Counted from the stretch's first letter, positions 26,685-37,237 are shown. The stretch: 64,000 nucleotides of DNA from Candidatus Helarchaeota archaeon (GCA_019058315.1 JAHPZH010000002.1:128001-192000), one strand, 5' to 3'. Notes: generated by a model not told the origin, from the letters alone. Translations and numbers: made by a program.

Positions 26685-27329
26685 TTATTTTTGATCTAGC
26701 ATTTTTTCTAATTCTTTAATTCTATTATCTTTTTCCTTTATTTTTTGTTTCCAGACCTCTTCCATTTTTTTTAATCTGCCTTCCGTTTCTAAAATATATT
26801 CTTGTGATTTTTCCAATTCTTTTAATTTACTAGATTCTTTTTCTAATTTTTCTATATAAATTTCTTTTTCAGCCCATTCCTCTTTTAATTTTTCGACATG
26901 AACACGTACTGCATTTAATTTTTGCTCTTGTTCCTTAATAATTTTCTCTTTTTCATTAACAATTTGTTCCCAGTCTTTCATGCCTGCCTTTTCAATTTGT
27001 CTTTGCAGTTTTTGAATTGCTAAAAATTTATCTTTAATAACTTGTTTCATTTCCTTCTCGTGCTCAATCTCTTGATTTTTCAATTTTTTTTCTAACTCTT
27101 CAATCTGTTTTAATTGAGCTTCATTAGAAAGATTTGTTTCAGTTCCTGATCCTTTAATGGTTTTTTCTATACCCCTAGCTTCAAGATCTCTTTTTAAATC
27201 ATTAATTTGATTTTTTTGTTCAATAATAAGTTCTTGTTGTTTCTCTATTACACCATTTTGATGCAATATTGTTTTTTGCTGTTCAAGAATCATTTTCTGT
27301 TTCTCTTTAATTGTTTGTTCTAAGCTCAA
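26685..27329 (-). CDS. Coiled-coil protein
   Basis: Continuous E/K/Q-rich heptads over 214 aa. Confidence 0.65.
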   Translation of the reverse strand: MSLEQTIKEKQKMILEQQKTILHQNGVIEKQQELIIEQKNQINDLKRDLEARGIEKTIKGSGTETNLSNEAQLKQIEELEKKLKNQEIEHEKEMKQVIKDKFLAIQKLQRQIEKAGMKDWEQIVNEKEKIIKEQEQKLNAVRVHVEKLKEEWAEKEIYIEKLEKESSKLKELEKSQEYILETEGRLKKMEEVWKQKIKEKDNRIKELEKMLDQK

Positions 27330-27485
27330 ATTTATCCCTGATTTGTTTATTCGCTAAAAAATAAAATTTCAAGAAGAATATTTTTTTAATTGCAATTAAA
27401 TATGAAAATAACTATAATTAATAACCTACATTATAAAATAACTTTTGATTAAATTATTCAAATCTATTTAGGAAAGTGAAATCAA

Positions 27486-28373
27486 ATGTCATCTGAAAAA
27501 GAAAGATTAGAAAAAGTGAAGCGTGCTAGTTTTAAGGAATCAAGATTCTTTGAAGGAACTATAAAGGCGTTTGATCATCGATTAATTATTATGGTTAATG
27601 AACAATTTAGTGGATTTTATAATAGTTTAAAAAAATTAGGATTAAAAAATGCTAACGCTATTATAAAAAAATTTGGGTACGATCTTGGTCTTGAGATGTC
27701 AAAACGGATATCTGATAGAATTTTAGACGAAAAAATTGGTTTAGAATATTTTCTTACAATGTTAAATAAAGCCGGTTATGGGAAATTTTGGCATTTAAAC
27801 TTTACAGATGAAAATATATCAGTTGAGTTACATAATTCTCCAGAGGCTTACGAAAATAATTCTCCTTCTTGTTATTATTTCGCAGGGATTTTAGAAGGTG
27901 CAGGAGAGCATTATTTTAAAGAAAAGGTAAAGGTTGTTGAAAAAAGTTGTATTTCAAGAGCGGATCGTTTTTGTGAATTTTTAATTATGAAAAGAAATAA
28001 ATTTGATGAAGAAATTCCTAAAAAAGCAGAACTAGAATTAATCCTAAAAGATTTTGATAAAACCGCGAAATCTAAAGGAAGTTTAATAATGGATTATAGC
28101 GGTAATATACTAGTTCATAGTGTCCAAAAAAAAATTGATATAGATAATTATTCACTTCTTCTCTCAACTATTTTAACGTCAAGTAATGCTACCTCGAGAT
28201 ACTTAACAGGAGAATACATTCAAACAATTATAAATTGTTCTGAAGGAAATATTATGACAATGCCTGCCAAAGATAAAGCTTTTCTTATTGCAATTCTTGA
28301 TAAGCATTCCTCCGCAAACTTAATTGGAATTGCTATGAAACAAGCAGTTGATAAAATTTTAAAAGTATTATAA
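27486..28373 (+). CDS. V4R domain + roadblock/LC7 fusion
   Basis: GYGK...SCYYFAGILEG...EKSC...CEF (V4R) followed by SLIMDYSGNIL...ANLIG (roadblock). Confidence 0.8.
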   Translation: MSSEKERLEKVKRASFKESRFFEGTIKAFDHRLIIMVNEQFSGFYNSLKKLGLKNANAIIKKFGYDLGLEMSKRISDRILDEKIGLEYFLTMLNKAGYGKFWHLNFTDENISVELHNSPEAYENNSPSCYYFAGILEGAGEHYFKEKVKVVEKSCISRADRFCEFLIMKRNKFDEEIPKKAELELILKDFDKTAKSKGSLIMDYSGNILVHSVQKKIDIDNYSLLLSTILTSSNATSRYLTGEYIQTIINCSEGNIMTMPAKDKAFLIAILDKHSSANLIGIAMKQAVDKILKVL

Positions 28374-28496
28374 AAAGTGCATTTCTACAAGAATTCAATT
28401 AAATTACTTTTTTATTTTAAATAAATCTTAATTGTTTTGGATTTTATTATGCTAATTACTCATTAAGAAGACTATTTATGATTAAGAAAGAAATAT

Positions 28497-29255
28497 GTGT
28501 TCATAATGTTTGATAAACCTAAAGAATTTGAGTTAAAGATTTTATTTAAAATAAATTCTATTGAATCAAAATATGTAGAAATTATTTTTCGACTTATGGG
28601 ATATTTCGGACATTTATTTTTTTGGTATATAGTCGTTGGATATTTTGGTTTACTCGGGTTAAATACCCCAAGTATTCTTTTAAGATTTGGTTGGGGACTA
28701 GAGCCTTATATTATAGCTTCACTTATAATTATTGGTTTAGGGATTGACGCACTTTCCTCAAACATATTACAATACATGTTTAAAAGAAAAAGACCTTTTA
28801 AAACTATTGATTTATCAGAAAATAATTTTAAAGTCCGCAGTTATGAACTTACACCCTCTTTTCCTTCTGCACATACTCATAGAGCATTCTTTGCAGTGAC
28901 ATTATTGGTTTGGGGATTATCTGAATTAACTATTCTACTCTATATTTTTTCTTGTATTGTAGGAATAAGTAGGTTGTATTTAGGGGCCCACTATCCTTTA
29001 GATGTTATTTTTGGAGGAATCTTTGGAATATCAGTCGCTACAATTTATTACTTCATTTCAAAACCATTGGTTTATTGGTTAGCTACCGAAATGGCAAGTG
29101 TTAGCACAGAAATAAGTACCTTTGAAATGTTGATTCTTGGTATAATATTTTTTGTGGTTACTTCTATTAGTTTTTATTTCTATATACGATTTCGTAGACG
29201 TTATAAGGAAAAAATGAAGGGCAAATATGAACAGGATATAACAAAATCAAATTAA
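28497..29255 (+). CDS. PAP2 family membrane phosphatase
   Basis: KRKRP, SFPSAH and SRLYLGAHYPLDV motifs with TM helices. Confidence 0.9.
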   Translation: MFIMFDKPKEFELKILFKINSIESKYVEIIFRLMGYFGHLFFWYIVVGYFGLLGLNTPSILLRFGWGLEPYIIASLIIIGLGIDALSSNILQYMFKRKRPFKTIDLSENNFKVRSYELTPSFPSAHTHRAFFAVTLLVWGLSELTILLYIFSCIVGISRLYLGAHYPLDVIFGGIFGISVATIYYFISKPLVYWLATEMASVSTEISTFEMLILGIIFFVVTSISFYFYIRFRRRYKEKMKGKYEQDITKSN

Positions 29256-29312
29256 TTTTAAAAAATAAGTATATTATGCCTTAAAATTAAAAAAAATAAG
29301 TTTAGATAGATT

Positions 29313-32300
29313 TTAAACTCTAGATATTTTTTGACTGCGTGCGATTATTAAGGGCCCAATTATTTCATGAAGGATATTTACTATTCCTGGTTGTTGACTT
29401 ATAATAGCAACTTGAGTTTTAGGACTTCCAGGTGTATATGGAGCAATTAATACTTCTTCTGCATCTCTTGCAGCAGCAAAAAGATCCATCTCTGGACGTT
29501 GTCTAACTTCTACGTTACCTTGTTCTAACAGAGATGCTACGTCTGTACGAGCATCTGCAAGAATTCTAGAAGCTGTTTTAACACGAAGTGCTCTCCTTAT
29601 CGCCTTTATCGCATTTATCGGCAGATCTCTGAAATCTGGAGCTACAACTGTAATAGTACTTTTCGTTCTAGCAACCATATCGCTCATATATTGTTTTATT
29701 GCTTCTTCAGTCACTACAACCCATGTTAATTCGCTTTCCTTAGCAAGAATATCAATAGTCTCGCTCCAAACAGCTCTTAATATTTTTGCACTTTCTAATG
29801 CCCGATCTTCAGCTTCTCTAAATGTAGTAGCCGAAGAATCATTTGCTGTAACCAATCGGTTAGTAATTGTTGAGTCAGTTTCTTCAAGTTTCGCAGCCAG
29901 TTTATCATTTAAAGTGTTCGCATTAAGTTCAAACTCAGATTGATGATTGGTATCTAATTCTAATAATTGCGTTTCCATAGTTGTAGCATCTGCTTGAAAT
30001 TCATTAGCATGTCTTGTAATTATCTCATTGTTTTCTTCTCCCGTAGCTTTTGTAAGATCATCAATTTGCTTCAAGTAATTTTCATCGATTTTATGAACAT
30101 CCGATTTAACACCGGCAAACGTATTGGAAACCGTTTCAGAAACTTTTGCTTGAACATCTTTTGCCATAGTGTCGACTCTATCATTATCATTTGATACAAA
30201 ATTTTGGTTGTCATTTTTCATATTAGCAGTAATTTCGTCTATATTCTTGAATTTATCCTGTTTATTATTTTCTATCTTAGATTTATGGGATGATAATAAA
30301 TCAGATAGATTTGTAACAGAACTTTCTCGAATTGCATGTGATTGGTTCTCCAAATTAGCAATTCTTTCATCTAATCCTTTATAGAAATCTTCCCGCATAG
30401 TATCTATTTCATTTCTATAAGTATCTATCCGTTCGTCTAATGTTTCTGAAAGAGTCTTTTCCAAATTGGCTGTATCACTTCGTAATCTGATTATTTGTTC
30501 ATTAATTTTTTCTAGAAATCTTTCACGTACTTCATCCAAAATATCCTTAAATCTGACTACTAATGAATCAGTACCATCCTTAATATTATCTTTTAACTGA
30601 TAAAAATCAGCCTCAAGTGCCTCAGTCCGCTCAGCAATTTTATCTGCAATACCTTGACCAAATACGGATGCATTTTGATTAAACCAGTCAATATTTGTAC
30701 TTAATGATGCTTCTAAACTCTGTTTTAAAGTATCATTCTTTGTTTGTATCTCACCATTATATTGATTTATTGTGTTTGCTAATGTATCTTTAAAAGTATT
30801 AAACCAGTTTTCCAAAGCATCAATTACGTCTTTCTGATAGTCTTTCATTTCATTTTCAATTGTAGAATCAATTTCATTCAATTTATCTTTTTGAGACTTT
30901 GTGATATCCTTTAATTTTAGAGAATCCTTGAAATCTTTAATTTCTGACACTGAATTAGTGATTTTATCTTTTAAAGAAACTGCTTCTTCTCCTAATCTTG
31001 ATTTGAACGTATTTGCAGAGTCAGTTATTCCTTTAATCCATTTTTGTCCTGTATCTACGTAATCTTTTTCCCATTCCTCTATTTCAGATGTAATATCTTT
31101 TATGTTTTGAGATAAATTCTTTTGCTTATTTTTCACATAATCCTTTGTCTGGTTTTTTAATTCGTCAATTAATTTAGATGTTTCAGAACCAGTTGCTTTT
31201 TCTAGATCTGATAAACTTTTCTGTAAATCTGAAATTTTTTCATCTATACCTGAATTGAATTCATTTTGTAAATTCGAAACTTCTGATTTCATATTTCCAA
31301 GCCGTTCATCAACATTATTTGTTAAAATTTGTTCTAATTCGGTTGTAGTTTTCAATTCCTCAACTTGTGAGACAACTTTACCCGAAAAATTATTCCTTAT
31401 GTCATCAAGCATTTCACGGAATCTTTTAATTAAATCACCAGTGATTCCAGTAATATTATCTTTAAATTGACTGAAGGTATCTTCTTGGTTAATAATTTCG
31501 TCGCCAAATGTATTTGCTGCACGTTCTCTCATCACGGCAGCCCTATCCTTAAACCAATCAAAATTCTTTTCTTGAGAATCCTTTATTTCTCCTTTTAATT
31601 CTGAATCTTTTTCCTTAACTCCATCAATTTCTTTAACACAAGTGTCTTTTAAATTTGTTCCTAAATCTTTTAGCCAATTATCATAGTCTGTGTAAGTAAC
31701 ATTTTGAAATTTGTTTGTAATGTCTTTAACTCCTGAAACATAATCGTCAAATGTCTTATTAACATTATTATTCAGCTCATCTAGTGCCGTTCTATGATTT
31801 GCAGCAGCATTATTATGAATTGTTTTTACTTCTTCGGTTAGAACGTCAAATCTTGTATCAAGTGTATTTGCAAGAGTGTTTTCATATTCATCGACTGAAT
31901 CATGATGTCCTTTAATTTTTTGATTATATGAAGCAGTAATCTCTTCCTTTTTCTTTGCAACTTCTTCTTGTAAGGAAGTTATATGATCAGCTATTGTTTT
32001 CGAAACAGCATCGTTGGTTTTAATTGTTTCTTCATTAAATTTACCAATTTGAGTATTTACAGCTGAGGCAACATCTTCTTTTAATTGTAGAACTTCTTTT
32101 TTCAAAGTTTCTATATGACCTTTAATATTTTTATCTAAATCAGTTCGGTAAGTCGCTATCGTATTTTGAAATGTGTCAAGGTAACCTGTAAATGCACTCC
32201 AAGGTACTACTGGCATATATCTAGGAAGGCCTTTTACTACCTCAGAGACTTCAATAGCAATACCCTTTTCTATAAATCTTTTTAATGTTTTTTCTGCATC

Positions 32301-32459
32301 TTCTAAAGAAATATTTGCAAGACCAGCAATCCTACTAGAAGTAACATATCCGCGTGCATATAACCCAATAAATGCACGTGCTTCATCCTCTGATAAACCT
32401 AAACTGTCTTCAATTATCTTTACCATATTTGGTTTTTCATCTATCGACATTATCGTCAC
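29313..32459 (-). CDS. Giant TrmB-type HTH + apolipoprotein-like coiled coil + PLD-fold domain protein
   Basis: N-terminal LGLSEDEARAFIGL...TLKRFIEKG...Y wHTH, about 800 aa helical repeat with an internal duplication, and a C-terminal TrmB/PLD-like domain. Confidence 0.75.
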   Translation of the reverse strand: MTIMSIDEKPNMVKIIEDSLGLSEDEARAFIGLYARGYVTSSRIAGLANISLEDAEKTLKRFIEKGIAIEVSEVVKGLPRYMPVVPWSAFTGYLDTFQNTIATYRTDLDKNIKGHIETLKKEVLQLKEDVASAVNTQIGKFNEETIKTNDAVSKTIADHITSLQEEVAKKKEEITASYNQKIKGHHDSVDEYENTLANTLDTRFDVLTEEVKTIHNNAAANHRTALDELNNNVNKTFDDYVSGVKDITNKFQNVTYTDYDNWLKDLGTNLKDTCVKEIDGVKEKDSELKGEIKDSQEKNFDWFKDRAAVMRERAANTFGDEIINQEDTFSQFKDNITGITGDLIKRFREMLDDIRNNFSGKVVSQVEELKTTTELEQILTNNVDERLGNMKSEVSNLQNEFNSGIDEKISDLQKSLSDLEKATGSETSKLIDELKNQTKDYVKNKQKNLSQNIKDITSEIEEWEKDYVDTGQKWIKGITDSANTFKSRLGEEAVSLKDKITNSVSEIKDFKDSLKLKDITKSQKDKLNEIDSTIENEMKDYQKDVIDALENWFNTFKDTLANTINQYNGEIQTKNDTLKQSLEASLSTNIDWFNQNASVFGQGIADKIAERTEALEADFYQLKDNIKDGTDSLVVRFKDILDEVRERFLEKINEQIIRLRSDTANLEKTLSETLDERIDTYRNEIDTMREDFYKGLDERIANLENQSHAIRESSVTNLSDLLSSHKSKIENNKQDKFKNIDEITANMKNDNQNFVSNDNDRVDTMAKDVQAKVSETVSNTFAGVKSDVHKIDENYLKQIDDLTKATGEENNEIITRHANEFQADATTMETQLLELDTNHQSEFELNANTLNDKLAAKLEETDSTITNRLVTANDSSATTFREAEDRALESAKILRAVWSETIDILAKESELTWVVVTEEAIKQYMSDMVARTKSTITVVAPDFRDLPINAIKAIRRALRVKTASRILADARTDVASLLEQGNVEVRQRPEMDLFAAARDAEEVLIAPYTPGSPKTQVAIISQQPGIVNILHEIIGPLIIARSQKISRV

Positions 32460-32462
32460 CTA

Positions 32463-34331
32463 TTATCCTAATTTAATTGCAAATGTATCTGTTAATTTTT
32501 CTTGGAATTTATTTTGTTTGGCTGTTTGAAATTTTTTCAAAGATGCATTATAAATACTTGAAGCTTCACTCGCTTGATCTTTTTCAAGAAATATATTGAT
32601 CAAACGCGAATAAAATTGCCAAGCATAATAATATTCACCTTTTTCAAAGAATGCATCTGCAGCTTCATTGAGTAAATCAATTGCTTTCTGTTCTTCTCCT
32701 AATGAGGTATATGTCCGTTCAGCACGAGTGTAATTTGCTCTAGCCAATGGCATGTCTCCCTCGCCTAAACTTTGTTTAGCTTTATTTGCACTATTTTCAG
32801 CTATTTCAAAATTTAATTCATTGACCGTTTCTGTATCGCCAAGTCGTTCGTAAATTTCGACAGCTTTTATTAATAAATTTCTAGAATAATCTCCTTTACC
32901 TTTTTCTTTATAGTTCATTGCTGCTTCATTGAATAGAGAGGCAGCCTTTTCTATTTCATTGACTTTTAAAAAAGAATCACTTGAAAGAACATAAAATTTA
33001 AAAGCCTCTGCATAATAGTCATAATTCAGGGAAGAATTAGCAATTCTCTCGTAACCTCTAGCGATTGATTCCACAGGTTTCACTAAGCCTGCAGAAATAG
33101 AATCCGCTCTTAATTTTTCCAACTCATTAAAAAGGTTTTCGTCTATAACTCGTCCATTTTCTGCATCAAATGCCGCAATGTCAATTAAAGTTCTTGCTTG
33201 GGCTGTTATAGCAATATCTCCAAAACTATCCCTAAGAAATTCCCAAAAAGACGTCATATTAATGAAGTAAGTTTCTCCTTCGTTTGCCACATATCCTTTT
33301 TGTGATAGTCCATTTAAAGTATTAATTAATTCATCTCTTGCGATTTGGGTTGCACGTTCTAACATTCCCAAATCTGAAAAATTCGCGGGTTCCATTGCAA
33401 ATGCATGTAATATCTTCCTTTCATTGTCCGAAAGTTCAGATAATTCACGAGCAAATCCATCTTTAATTGAACCTTCACTATTTTTCCAAGCATCGACGCC
33501 TAATTCACCTTGACCCTGGTTTTCTTCAATAAGGGTGTTTGTATTATATATGATAAATTGTGGAATTCCTTGTGAGTTCTCGAAAATTTTATTCTTAACT
33601 TCATCATCTAATGAAATTCCAGCTATGTTTTCTCTTTTAGTAATCAATTGTGCAGACTGTGCAGAATTTAATTTAGGAAGACCGATTTCTTCAAAATTAT
33701 TTACAGAATATTTGATCTTAGGAGCATATCTCTCTTCCCCAACCAGAACAAACATAATTGGAATTCTAGGTTGCTTGGGGGTTTCTTCTTCAAACTTTTT
33801 ACTAAATAAATTAAATAAATCAAATGCGAAATCGTATCCTTGATAAATAAATCTCTCAGCATTATCAATAAAAACTGCAATTCCTTTTTTAAATTTCTTC
33901 GGAATCTCCTTTCCCATTTTCCCTGCAAATTTCATGAATTTTTTTTCAAATTCTGGTAAATATTTGGGATCTGCACTTATTTCATAAGATCTTTTGATGA
34001 GTGGACAATTTTTACCAAGTTTCTTTTTTCCACCCTTTTTTGGAGGTTTTTTTGGTTTAAAAATATCTTTAATTTCTGGTCCTAATTCATCAAAAAATGC
34101 CTCAGTTTCTATTAATGGAACAGGCTTATCTATTACTAAAAAGCCTTCTTTCTTTGCTCTATCTATCAGAATTTGTTTTAAACTAGTTTTTCCAATACCG
34201 GGTCTTCCATGAATGAATACCGATTTTTTAATATCGCCTTGTAATAACTTTGTAAATTCTTCTATCACACGCTCTCTTCCAACAAAAAGATCTGAAGAGC
34301 ATGGTTCATAAAAGTTAAATCCTTTTACCAT
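32463..34331 (-). CDS. STAND-like P-loop ATPase + wHTH + TPR/alpha-SNAP-like repeats
   Basis: FVGRE, Walker A GRPGIGKT, Walker B VFIDNAE, SQGIP (GxP), wHTH, then TPR-like helices (EKAASLFNEAA...). Confidence 0.8.
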   Translation of the reverse strand: MVKGFNFYEPCSSDLFVGRERVIEEFTKLLQGDIKKSVFIHGRPGIGKTSLKQILIDRAKKEGFLVIDKPVPLIETEAFFDELGPEIKDIFKPKKPPKKGGKKKLGKNCPLIKRSYEISADPKYLPEFEKKFMKFAGKMGKEIPKKFKKGIAVFIDNAERFIYQGYDFAFDLFNLFSKKFEEETPKQPRIPIMFVLVGEERYAPKIKYSVNNFEEIGLPKLNSAQSAQLITKRENIAGISLDDEVKNKIFENSQGIPQFIIYNTNTLIEENQGQGELGVDAWKNSEGSIKDGFARELSELSDNERKILHAFAMEPANFSDLGMLERATQIARDELINTLNGLSQKGYVANEGETYFINMTSFWEFLRDSFGDIAITAQARTLIDIAAFDAENGRVIDENLFNELEKLRADSISAGLVKPVESIARGYERIANSSLNYDYYAEAFKFYVLSSDSFLKVNEIEKAASLFNEAAMNYKEKGKGDYSRNLLIKAVEIYERLGDTETVNELNFEIAENSANKAKQSLGEGDMPLARANYTRAERTYTSLGEEQKAIDLLNEAADAFFEKGEYYYAWQFYSRLINIFLEKDQASEASSIYNASLKKFQTAKQNKFQEKLTDTFAIKLG

Positions 34332-34574
34332 TTTTTTATATCACCTTTTTTCGCCTTTCTTCATAGGTTTTTTTGATCCCCTATCAATCTAATATTAGTA
34401 TTTTATGTTTATTTTTCATTAAAGTTAGTTTAATCTTAATTATTTATAACTCTTTTTATTTTACAACTTCAATCGAAATTGTAATAGGGTTATTTAATTT
34501 CAAGAGGGGTTAGAATTTTTATTTAGAATTAAATTTCATCAAATATATTTTTTGTCCCCATATAGATGAAAATT

Positions 34575-34946
34575 TTATGTTTTCTTCTTTTTCTTGTATT
34601 TTCTTTTCTTTTTATCAGATGTTTGGGGTTTGGCGAGTTTAACCTTTGTAATTTTTTTAGGTAGCTCTTTTCTAATTTCAGATAATATTTCTTCTTTAAA
34701 ATTAGTCTTAAAAAGGGAAAAAACTTCTTTTAATGAGCTTATTTGACTTTTCGAAAAATCGTCCAATTTTGAAATATCAGCTTCAGGATGAAAAATTAAC
34801 CTTAAATATTCGTCAATTTCCGATCTAATGCCTTCGACAGCTTCTGATATTAATTCTTCAACTAAATTACTAGTTACTTGATAAATTTCTTCCTTAGTTT
34901 CCTCTGAAAGTATTCCATTTGTATTTTTTTTACTTTCATCATCCAA
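34575..34946 (-). CDS. Hypothetical helical protein with a basic tail
   Basis: 123 aa; third gene of a tight minus-strand cluster. Confidence 0.5.
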   Translation of the reverse strand: MDDESKKNTNGILSEETKEEIYQVTSNLVEELISEAVEGIRSEIDEYLRLIFHPEADISKLDDFSKSQISSLKEVFSLFKTNFKEEILSEIRKELPKKITKVKLAKPQTSDKKKRKYKKKKKT

Positions 34947-34958
34947 TGCAACTAACCC

Positions 34959-35531
34959 TCAAGCTGTTTTATACATATTGAACTTTAACTTAAATAAGGG
35001 TTCTCCATATAATTGACAACCAATTTCACTTGCTTCAATCTTATAGGGTTGTTTGTGTAGCGTCATAATATAATTTGTGGCACCTTCTAACATTGATAAT
35101 AATATACATGCATAACCATCGTCATGTTTTTTTAATTTATCTAATGGTAAAACATTAAAATAACTTTCTTTATCTAATCCTGAACATAGCGGGCACTTTT
35201 TAATCTTAATAATTATACTTTGTGTATCTTTTACATCATTTTCGATAGTCTCATGCTCAAATTCGATTTGTTGCCCAAAAACAACATACCATATTAAAGT
35301 TATTGTATTAACTAGGTCACCAGGTTTTAGTTTGATTAATTTTAATAATGTTTTGTGCTGTTTACAACTTGTTTCAGCAGCAATGATACCTAATCTTTTT
35401 AAAATTGGGAAAGGATCTTCAAATTCTTGTGTAACTTTTAGTGTTATCTCTCGATAAAGTAACATAAAGAATAAATTTTCAATATTTCGACTAAATTGTT
35501 TTATTAATTTTGCAGTTGTTCCTATAGACAT
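34959..35531 (-). CDS. Bet3/TRAPP-V4R-like fold protein
   Basis: LKRLG...IWYVVFG...CPLC...ACILLSMLEG...E..C. Confidence 0.6.
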   Translation of the reverse strand: MSIGTTAKLIKQFSRNIENLFFMLLYREITLKVTQEFEDPFPILKRLGIIAAETSCKQHKTLLKLIKLKPGDLVNTITLIWYVVFGQQIEFEHETIENDVKDTQSIIIKIKKCPLCSGLDKESYFNVLPLDKLKKHDDGYACILLSMLEGATNYIMTLHKQPYKIEASEIGCQLYGEPLFKLKFNMYKTA

Positions 35532-36035
35532 TTAAGATCCCCTCAAAGTGTATTCATGAACACATTTTTTATCTCCAAATGTTTTACTTGATATTACCTT
35601 CCCATCTAATTTATTTAATTGATTATTTTCGCAATATTTTTCAATTACACCTAGAATTATGTTACAACCTGCAATTCCTACATCAGATCTTTCATATTTG
35701 CAAAATGGACAATTTTTTTGAGTTACTTGGAGGGTATTGGTTTGAAGATTAACCTTTACTTTCTTATAAAAGATAAATTCATAAATCTCCTTTAAAATAA
35801 TGTCTAGTTCCCTACCTTTAGGGTTCCAAAATTTAAAGTAATTATCAGCTATATTGCGACCCATCATTTTTAAAGTAGTTAAAATCAGCTCATTATTATA
35901 ATTTCTTTCATTTTTTAAAACTAATATTAACTCATAAATAGCATTTCTAAATTGATTTATTGCTACACTTCCACCAATAAGGTTTTCATCTCTTGACAAT
36001 AAATGATCCTCATTTATATTTAAAATCTTAAGCAA
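35532..36035 (-). CDS. Bet3/TRAPP-V4R-like fold protein
   Basis: LKMMGRNIA...IYEFIFYKKV...CPFC...GCNIILGVIE...S...GD..C. Confidence 0.6.
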   Translation of the reverse strand: MLKILNINEDHLLSRDENLIGGSVAINQFRNAIYELILVLKNERNYNNELILTTLKMMGRNIADNYFKFWNPKGRELDIILKEIYEFIFYKKVKVNLQTNTLQVTQKNCPFCKYERSDVGIAGCNIILGVIEKYCENNQLNKLDGKVISSKTFGDKKCVHEYTLRGS

Positions 36036-36150
36036 ATATTGTTCTTTAGAATTAAATAATTTACTCTTAAATTATTCTATTTAATAACTTACAAAAAAGA
36101 TAAAATAGAAATTATCAAATGTAAAAATCTTAAATAATTTTCTAAAAATA

Positions 36151-37134
36151 TTGAAGTTATTCAAAATAAAGGTGCTAGAAATGGGTGAATTACGCTGGAA
36201 CCCAGTATTTAAAGAATGGATAATAGTAGCTGCACATCGACAAGCAAGACCTCAACTTCCAGAGGATTTCTGTCCTTTTTGTCCCGGTGCTCCAGAAGTT
36301 CCAACTTCTGATTGGAAAGTCAAATTTTTACCAAATAAATTCGCATCTTTAAGTATGGACCCTCCAAATCCAATATCTAAAAATGAATCTCTATTCCAAG
36401 TAAAACCCGCAAAAGGACAATGTGAGATAATTTTATACACTCCTGAGCACAATACCACTCTTGGAAAACTACCAGTAGAACATATTCATACATTAATTGA
36501 TTTTTGGGCAGAACGATATGAAATAATTGGCTCTCAAGATTTTATTAAATATGTTCTAATATTTGAGAATAGAGGACGAGAAATTGGTGTTTCTTTGGAC
36601 CATCCTCACGGACAAATTTACAGTTTTGGATTTATCCCACCTAATATTCAACAGGAAATAAATAGTGGTAATGAATATTTTCAAGAAACAAATCGTTGTC
36701 TCTTTTGCGATATTGTTGATAGAGAAATAAAAGATGGAAGCAGAACTGTTCTCGAAAATTCTGATATTATTTGTTTTGTTCCCTTTTATGCTACTTGGCC
36801 ATATGGAGTTCATATTTATCCCAAACGGCATGTTCAAAGTTTATTAGATATGAACGAGACAGAACGGAAAAATCTAGCACAAATATTAAAAGAAATTCTT
36901 TTAAAATATGATAAGCTTTTTGATATGCCGCTTCCTTATGAGATGATATTCCATCAACAACCCTCAGATAATAAGAAATATCCTAATTATCATTTCCATA
37001 TTGAATTTTATATTATCCATAGAGCTAGAAATAAGATAAAATATCTTGGGGGCTGTGAACAAGGAGGAGGAGTTTTTGTGAATCCGATAACTCCAGAAGT
37101 AACTGCGGCAGAGTTAAGAGATATTAAAATATAA
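36151..37134 (+). CDS. galT: Galactose-1-phosphate uridylyltransferase
   Basis: ELRWNP, CPFCPG, FENRG...SLDHPHGQ active site. Likely start is ATG 36181. Confidence 0.93.
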   Translation: MKLFKIKVLEMGELRWNPVFKEWIIVAAHRQARPQLPEDFCPFCPGAPEVPTSDWKVKFLPNKFASLSMDPPNPISKNESLFQVKPAKGQCEIILYTPEHNTTLGKLPVEHIHTLIDFWAERYEIIGSQDFIKYVLIFENRGREIGVSLDHPHGQIYSFGFIPPNIQQEINSGNEYFQETNRCLFCDIVDREIKDGSRTVLENSDIICFVPFYATWPYGVHIYPKRHVQSLLDMNETERKNLAQILKEILLKYDKLFDMPLPYEMIFHQQPSDNKKYPNYHFHIEFYIIHRARNKIKYLGGCEQGGGVFVNPITPEVTAAELRDIKI

Positions 37135-37237
37135 TTTTTATCATATTTTATTATAAAACTAAAATTATTACTTTGAAAAGGAACCAAATTCTTAATTAAA
37201 AGAGAAAAAATATATCTTTTTCTACCGCATTATTACT

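Noticed and set aside
32463-34331. NSF/alpha-SNAP fusion
   Set aside because: The ATPase has STAND-type features (FVGRE, GxP, wHTH), not classical AAA SRH motifs; the SNAP resemblance is limited to generic TPR helices.
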